Positions 35,206 to 35,345 of a stretch of 35,345 bases of DNA are shown here, piece by piece. The notes beneath the pieces were generated by a model. It worked only from the letters and a program-made list of their open reading frames with translations, did not search any database and was not told the origin of the DNA. The stretch comes from Lysobacterales bacterium (lineage in GTDB: Bacteria > Pseudomonadota > Gammaproteobacteria > Xanthomonadales > SZUA-5). The stretch spans positions 1 to 35,345 of the forward strand of contig JANJUH010000021.1 of NCBI GenBank assembly GCA_024710675.1, given 5' to 3'. The translations under genes were made by a program, and so were the position numbers. The number at the start of each line of letters is the position of its first letter. Within the stretch, counting starts at the first letter, position 1.

Positions 35206-35345
35206 TTACTGGATGACCTTGGCGACGACGCCAGCGCCCACCGTACGACCGCCCTCGCGGATCGCGAAGCGCAGACCCTCTTCCATCGCGATCGGCGCAA
35301 TCAGCGACACCACCATCTTGATGTTGTCGCCCGGCATCACCATCT
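35206..35345 (-). CDS. tuf: Elongation factor Tu, 3' end only (5' end outside window)
   Basis: The reverse-strand translation ends ...[45 protein letters not shown] with stop TAA at 35206-35208. Confidence 0.97.
   Translation of the reverse strand, partial: MVMPGDNIKMVVSLIAPIAMEEGLRFAIREGGRTVGAGVVAKVIQ

Overview
This is a visibly GC-rich window (roughly two-thirds G+C by eye, not computed) that reads as ordinary gammaproteobacterial core chromosome.

Positions 1-21.5 kb hold housekeeping, stress and metabolic genes:
- a 5'-truncated ppx/gppA
- a GT4 glycosyltransferase coupled to a PAP2 phosphatase
- hsp20-cbpA
- gluQ-phaB-phaR
- htpX
- a FimX-like REC-PAS-GGDEF-EAL protein
- divergent epmB/efp
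- an efp-mtaD-ubiG-HAD phosphatase-(squalene/phytoene-synthase-like ORF) string
- a GNAT fusion protein
- a YhdH-type oxidoreductase
- a PilH-like receiver
- a second phaB paralog
- dsbB followed by a class II DAHP synthase

Positions 21.6-35.0 kb hold the complete S10-spc-alpha ribosomal protein cluster on the minus strand. It has 27 genes, rpsJ to rplQ, including secY and rpoA but not rpmJ. The 3' end of tuf precedes it.

The intergenic regions carry at least two REP-like palindromic repeat families and one mosaic, MITE-like repeat island.

I saw no rRNA, tRNA, CRISPR array, transposase, integrase, phage gene or recognisable defence gene. I did not find a convincing novel multi-gene system.

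The observations most worth a second look are:
- a motif-degenerate isoprenoid-synthase-like ORF translationally coupled to ubiG
- a PhaR-type palindrome in the promoter of the second phaB paralog
- the repeat island upstream of hsp20
- the GT4-PAP2 pair next to ppx

All functional calls come from reading the translated ORFs and from motif memory. No database search was run.
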